Assembly: GCA_965261085.1 (NCBI GenBank)
Contig: OZ253442.1
Location: forward strand, 1,216,001-1,280,000
DNA from: a bacterium
GTDB taxonomy: Bacteria > UBA8248
DNA length: 64,000 bases
Reading direction: 5' to 3'
The position numbers were made by a program, and so were the translations under genes. Under the pieces are notes generated by a model. The model made no database searches. It saw only the letters and a program-made list of their open reading frames with translations, and had not been told where the DNA came from. Positions 60,730 through 64,000 of the stretch are shown piece after piece (position 1 is the first letter of the stretch; each line of letters opens with the position of its first letter).

Positions 60730-61497
60730 CTAATCTTCCACAATCGCGACCGGACGCACCCATGCGCCGCTCGCGTCCTTCACGTTGATCGGGAAACAGC
60801 AGATCTTGAAGCCGTGCGACTTCGGGATCGCCCCGATGTTGGTGATTTGTTCGATTTGGAAATACTCGCGCCGTCTGCCCAGAATGTGGTGGCAGGGCAT
60901 GAGCGATTCGCGCTTGCCCGCCTTGAACTCGGGGACCTGGAAGCTGAAGGGCCTGTCGAAACCGAAGGCGTCGATGGCGATGACGCGAACGCCGCGATCC
61001 AGGAGATACTCCGTCGCCGGGATGCTCATGCCCGGATGGAGTTCGGGATAATCGGGGCTGTCGCGATGCTCGTCGGTGCCCGTCCACAAGAGCACGATGT
61101 CGCCTTCCTTGACTTCGTAGCCGATTTTGGCGAGACATTCCTTGATGTCTTCTTCGCTAATCCAGTCGCCCGTCTTCTTGTGCCTCAGATCGAGCACCAC
61201 GCCGTCGCCGTAGCACCATTCGAGCGGCACCTTGTCGATTTTACGGGAGGGTTCGCCCGCCACGGTGGGGCCGTAGTGCCAGGGAGCGTCCATGTGGGTA
61301 GCCGAGTGCGTGGAGACGGTGACGAACTCCGCCGCTCCGCCCATGCCGTCGTGCAACTCCTCCACCGGGATGCCCCAATTCTTGGCCGCGCGTCCGCCGA
61401 ACTCTTCATGGTCGAGATAGGTGACCTCGGGCGGGCGGGGTTCGTTCGAGCCGTTCATGATGGGGGTGCTCAGGTCGATGAATCGCGTAGCGCACAT
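60730..61497 (-). CDS. Cyclase family (kynurenine formamidase-like) metal hydrolase
   Basis: HSATHMDAPWH, IDAFGFD, QIE and RPVA motifs. Confidence 0.9.
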   Translation of the reverse strand: MCATRFIDLSTPIMNGSNEPRPPEVTYLDHEEFGGRAAKNWGIPVEELHDGMGGAAEFVTVSTHSATHMDAPWHYGPTVAGEPSRKIDKVPLEWCYGDGVVLDLRHKKTGDWISEEDIKECLAKIGYEVKEGDIVLLWTGTDEHRDSPDYPELHPGMSIPATEYLLDRGVRVIAIDAFGFDRPFSFQVPEFKAGKRESLMPCHHILGRRREYFQIEQITNIGAIPKSHGFKICCFPINVKDASGAWVRPVAIVED

Positions 61498-61539
61498 GGG
61501 CTGTCCTTCATAGGTTGGTATTTGGTTGTTCCGGCTCGC

Positions 61540-62775
61540 CTAGACGACCCAGAGTTTTCTCTCCTGCGGGTAGATGAACTCATACCCCGTTTCGGTGACC
61601 ACCACGGTTTTTTCTATCTGGGTTCCCCCCATGCCGAATATCTGGCAGGGGTTTTCGACGCAAATCGTCGTGCCCGCCTCGAGCGGGAAATCGCTCGAAT
61701 CCGGCAGGAAGGGGCTGCCCTGAGGCGCCGGGTCCGCGAGAACGTAGGGCACTTCGCGCTGCTCCAGCCCTATGGCGTGGCCGGCGAAGTTGCCGTTGTG
61801 CTCGGGTAATCCCGCCGCGCGCGTGGCCTCGAGCAGGGTCCTGAAAATGGTGGAGCCGAGCACGCCCGCCTTGACCTTCGACATCGCGGCCTCGAAGCCC
61901 TCCTCAGTCGCCTTCCACAGGTCGAGTTGCGCCTGGTTCGGCTCGCCCAGCACGCCGCCCCAGCCGGTGTCCCCCTGGTAGTTGCCCAGCACTAGACCTG
62001 CGTCGAACTTCCACATCTCGCCTTTGGCTATCTTCTTGTCCGTGGGCGGGAAGATGCCCGTCGCCCGGCGGCCCGAGCAGAAGTGGAACCACTGCCATTT
62101 GCCGCCCATGCGCCCTACCTCCGCCGCGAAAACGGAGGCCACCTCGCGCTCGGTCGCCCCCTCGGCCACCGCGTTCGATGCGGCGATTCCCGCCTTCTCG
62201 TTCACCTCGGCGGCGGCGGCGAGCGCCGCTATTTCATCGGGCGTCTTCACCATCCGGATGAGGCGGAAGAAATCCGCCGCATCGACGATTTCGGCATCGG
62301 GCAGGGCCGCTTCTATCTGGGCGCGCACGTTCGGCATCACACGCTCCTGATCGAGCGCCAGGCGCGCTTTCGCGAGGCCGCGTTCCTTGAGCGCAAGGGC
62401 CAAGGCCGCGCCCGGGGTTTTGCCGCGCTTGGCGTCGTCGTTGTACATGCCGAGGTAGGTTTCCTCCTCCGGCGTTTGGGCTCCCTCTCCGGGAGGTTGT
62501 ATGAGGGCGCTCTTGCCGCCGAAGGTGTAGAGGTCTTTTATCCAGGACTGCTGGGCCGAGACGTAGGTGACCTCCTGGCCCGGCACGATGACGGCGGGGG
62601 CCGTTCCTTCGTCGCGCGCGAAGACGGCGAACATGTGGACGGAATAGGCATACACCTTGTTCGACCAGCCCACGGTGCCCGCCAGGTAGGTGAGGTTCTC
62701 CGGCGTGCTGGCGATGATGGCGTCGAAGCCGAAATCGGCCATCAGCCCCCGCGCGCGCTCTTCATTCAGATACAT
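61540..62775 (-). CDS. M24-family (Xaa-Pro peptidase/creatinase-like) hydrolase
   Basis: Creatinase N-domain (ENLTYL), RMVKTPDEI, D...YQGD, GHAIGL, E-P and IE motifs. Confidence 0.88.
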   Translation of the reverse strand: MYLNEERARGLMADFGFDAIIASTPENLTYLAGTVGWSNKVYAYSVHMFAVFARDEGTAPAVIVPGQEVTYVSAQQSWIKDLYTFGGKSALIQPPGEGAQTPEEETYLGMYNDDAKRGKTPGAALALALKERGLAKARLALDQERVMPNVRAQIEAALPDAEIVDAADFFRLIRMVKTPDEIAALAAAAEVNEKAGIAASNAVAEGATEREVASVFAAEVGRMGGKWQWFHFCSGRRATGIFPPTDKKIAKGEMWKFDAGLVLGNYQGDTGWGGVLGEPNQAQLDLWKATEEGFEAAMSKVKAGVLGSTIFRTLLEATRAAGLPEHNGNFAGHAIGLEQREVPYVLADPAPQGSPFLPDSSDFPLEAGTTICVENPCQIFGMGGTQIEKTVVVTETGYEFIYPQERKLWVV

Positions 62776-63170
62776 GATGTGTTCCTTAAACCAGGGGGAT
62801 ACGGGAGATGCCGAAACGCCCCGTTCGGGTCCCGGCCTTCCAAACGATCCGCGTTAATTTGATAGTGGGGAGGTTATCAAATCGGATGAAGGCTGAAAAG
62901 AGAAGCGAGGCCCGAATCGCGGCAATTTGTTCTACATATCGGGACGGGGAGGGGGTATATTGCCGAAATCGAGAAGGAAATGGCGGTAAAATCCCCATTT
63001 CTATATCTCCAGCGACTCTCGCCTACATGAAGCATTCCACCTTTTGTTGACTGTAGTTATGTTACGGTGAAAGCGTCATCTTGTCCTGATGCTCATAGCG
63101 CGTCGTAAAATAGTAGTATGCTAGGGATTGTGAATAAGAAATTCTTGCGTTTTCGAGAAAGGATATAGTT

Positions 63171-63548
63171 ATGCGGCCAGAATTACAGGGTCTTGAATAC
63201 GATCCTCCAACAGACTTTCGTGCTCTTTACCAAAGCAATTTTTGTGGGGCAATCTGGGTTTTTTTGAGGAGTTCGGATAACGTTGTGCGGATAGAGACCG
63301 CGACATTTCTCGAACGGCCAGCCGTTGAGCCTTTGGCTCCTGGACTGCTTCAGGAATTTGAGAAGCATTTTAGTAGGTGTAGCTCTGAGGACCTAAAGAT
63401 TACCAAGCGAATGATCGGCCACATGGTGAAGCACATCATGGAGATGATTGGCTACGAAGTTGATCGAGCGCAAGGTGATAATGGGAACGTGCCGGTTAAG
63501 GCAAACCCTCTTTTTTCGAGCGGCAGCCGTTATAAAAGGAAGCCATAG
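63171..63548 (+). CDS. Hypothetical protein (lower-GC islet)
   Basis: 125-aa ORF with an AAGGA RBS; no family assigned. Confidence 0.65.
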   Translation: MRPELQGLEYDPPTDFRALYQSNFCGAIWVFLRSSDNVVRIETATFLERPAVEPLAPGLLQEFEKHFSRCSSEDLKITKRMIGHMVKHIMEMIGYEVDRAQGDNGNVPVKANPLFSSGSRYKRKP

Positions 63549-63695
63549 TTGAAGAAATTAGTTTCAAGCATGTTAAATCGTCTGATCTGGAGAACGGGAG
63601 GATGATAACGACATCCTCGTGCAAACTGGCCCAATAAGTAATATCAACCTCGCTTCTCCTTTTTCCTAGTGCAAGCGGTGAAGTTTGAACAATCC

Positions 63696-63998
63696 TTAAT
63701 GCAGTTGCCAGTAGACACTTGTGTTCTTAATTGCGGTGTTTCTTTTTGCGTAATCCCCCGGCGTTTTTCCTTTGTTATCCCTCACTGTCGAGTCGGCCCC
63801 GGCGTCCAGCAACATCTCTACGATTACCAGGCTTTTTCCCCATTCTGCCACATCGTGCAGGGGTGTTCGTCCACTCTTATCCCGTGCGTTCACCTTCGCT
63901 CCTGCATCCAGCAAGGCCGCCATGACTGCTTTGTTATTGTTCTGAATCGCCGCGTTATGTAAAGGAGTTTGTCCGTTTTTATCCCGCACGTTTAATTT
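63696..63998 (-). CDS. Ankyrin-repeat protein, 5' end outside the window
   Basis: GQTPLHNAA...LLDAGA, GRTPLH...LLDAGAD and GKTP repeats. The frame is open to the window edge. Confidence 0.9.
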   Translation of the reverse strand, partial: KLNVRDKNGQTPLHNAAIQNNNKAVMAALLDAGAKVNARDKSGRTPLHDVAEWGKSLVIVEMLLDAGADSTVRDNKGKTPGDYAKRNTAIKNTSVYWQLH

Positions 63999-64000
63999 GG

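Overview
This is a 64-kb chromosomal window from a GC-rich bacterium that appears to use selenocysteine. Gene content and a terminal ankyrin gene loosely suggest a marine or sponge-associated lineage, which is inference only. The backbone is metabolic. It contains a complete polyamine operon (XRE-cupin regulator, speD, pdaD, speE, speB), citrate synthase, TTT, Liv, TAXI-TRAP, Aap and NMT1-type transporters, lhgO, mlaA, arsS, tRNA-Pro(TGG), a CoA-transferase/crotonase cluster, and a peptidase-cyclase-2xBKACE-TPP catabolic operon. Short lower-GC islets carry defence-like genes: AbiV, a P-loop/NUDIX fusion, a HEPN protein, a KAP NTPase and two type II toxin-antitoxin pairs. Main observations: (1) At three places a diverged copy of the 3' tail of a resident gene sits 0.9-1.9 kb downstream of that gene and brackets cargo, with no integrase in the window. 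The differences are largely synonymous, which suggests a homology-anchored ('gene-tail') cassette uptake mechanism. (2) Two selenoprotein genes are split by the ORF caller at an in-frame TGA: an AhpD-like CxxU protein and a UGSC-family UGSS variant, each with a SECIS-like hairpin. (3) A promoter-small RNA-terminator unit precedes a truncated NYN/PIN nuclease. (4) A PlsY paralog has lost several conserved motif residues. All alignments and counts were done by eye; no database searches were run.
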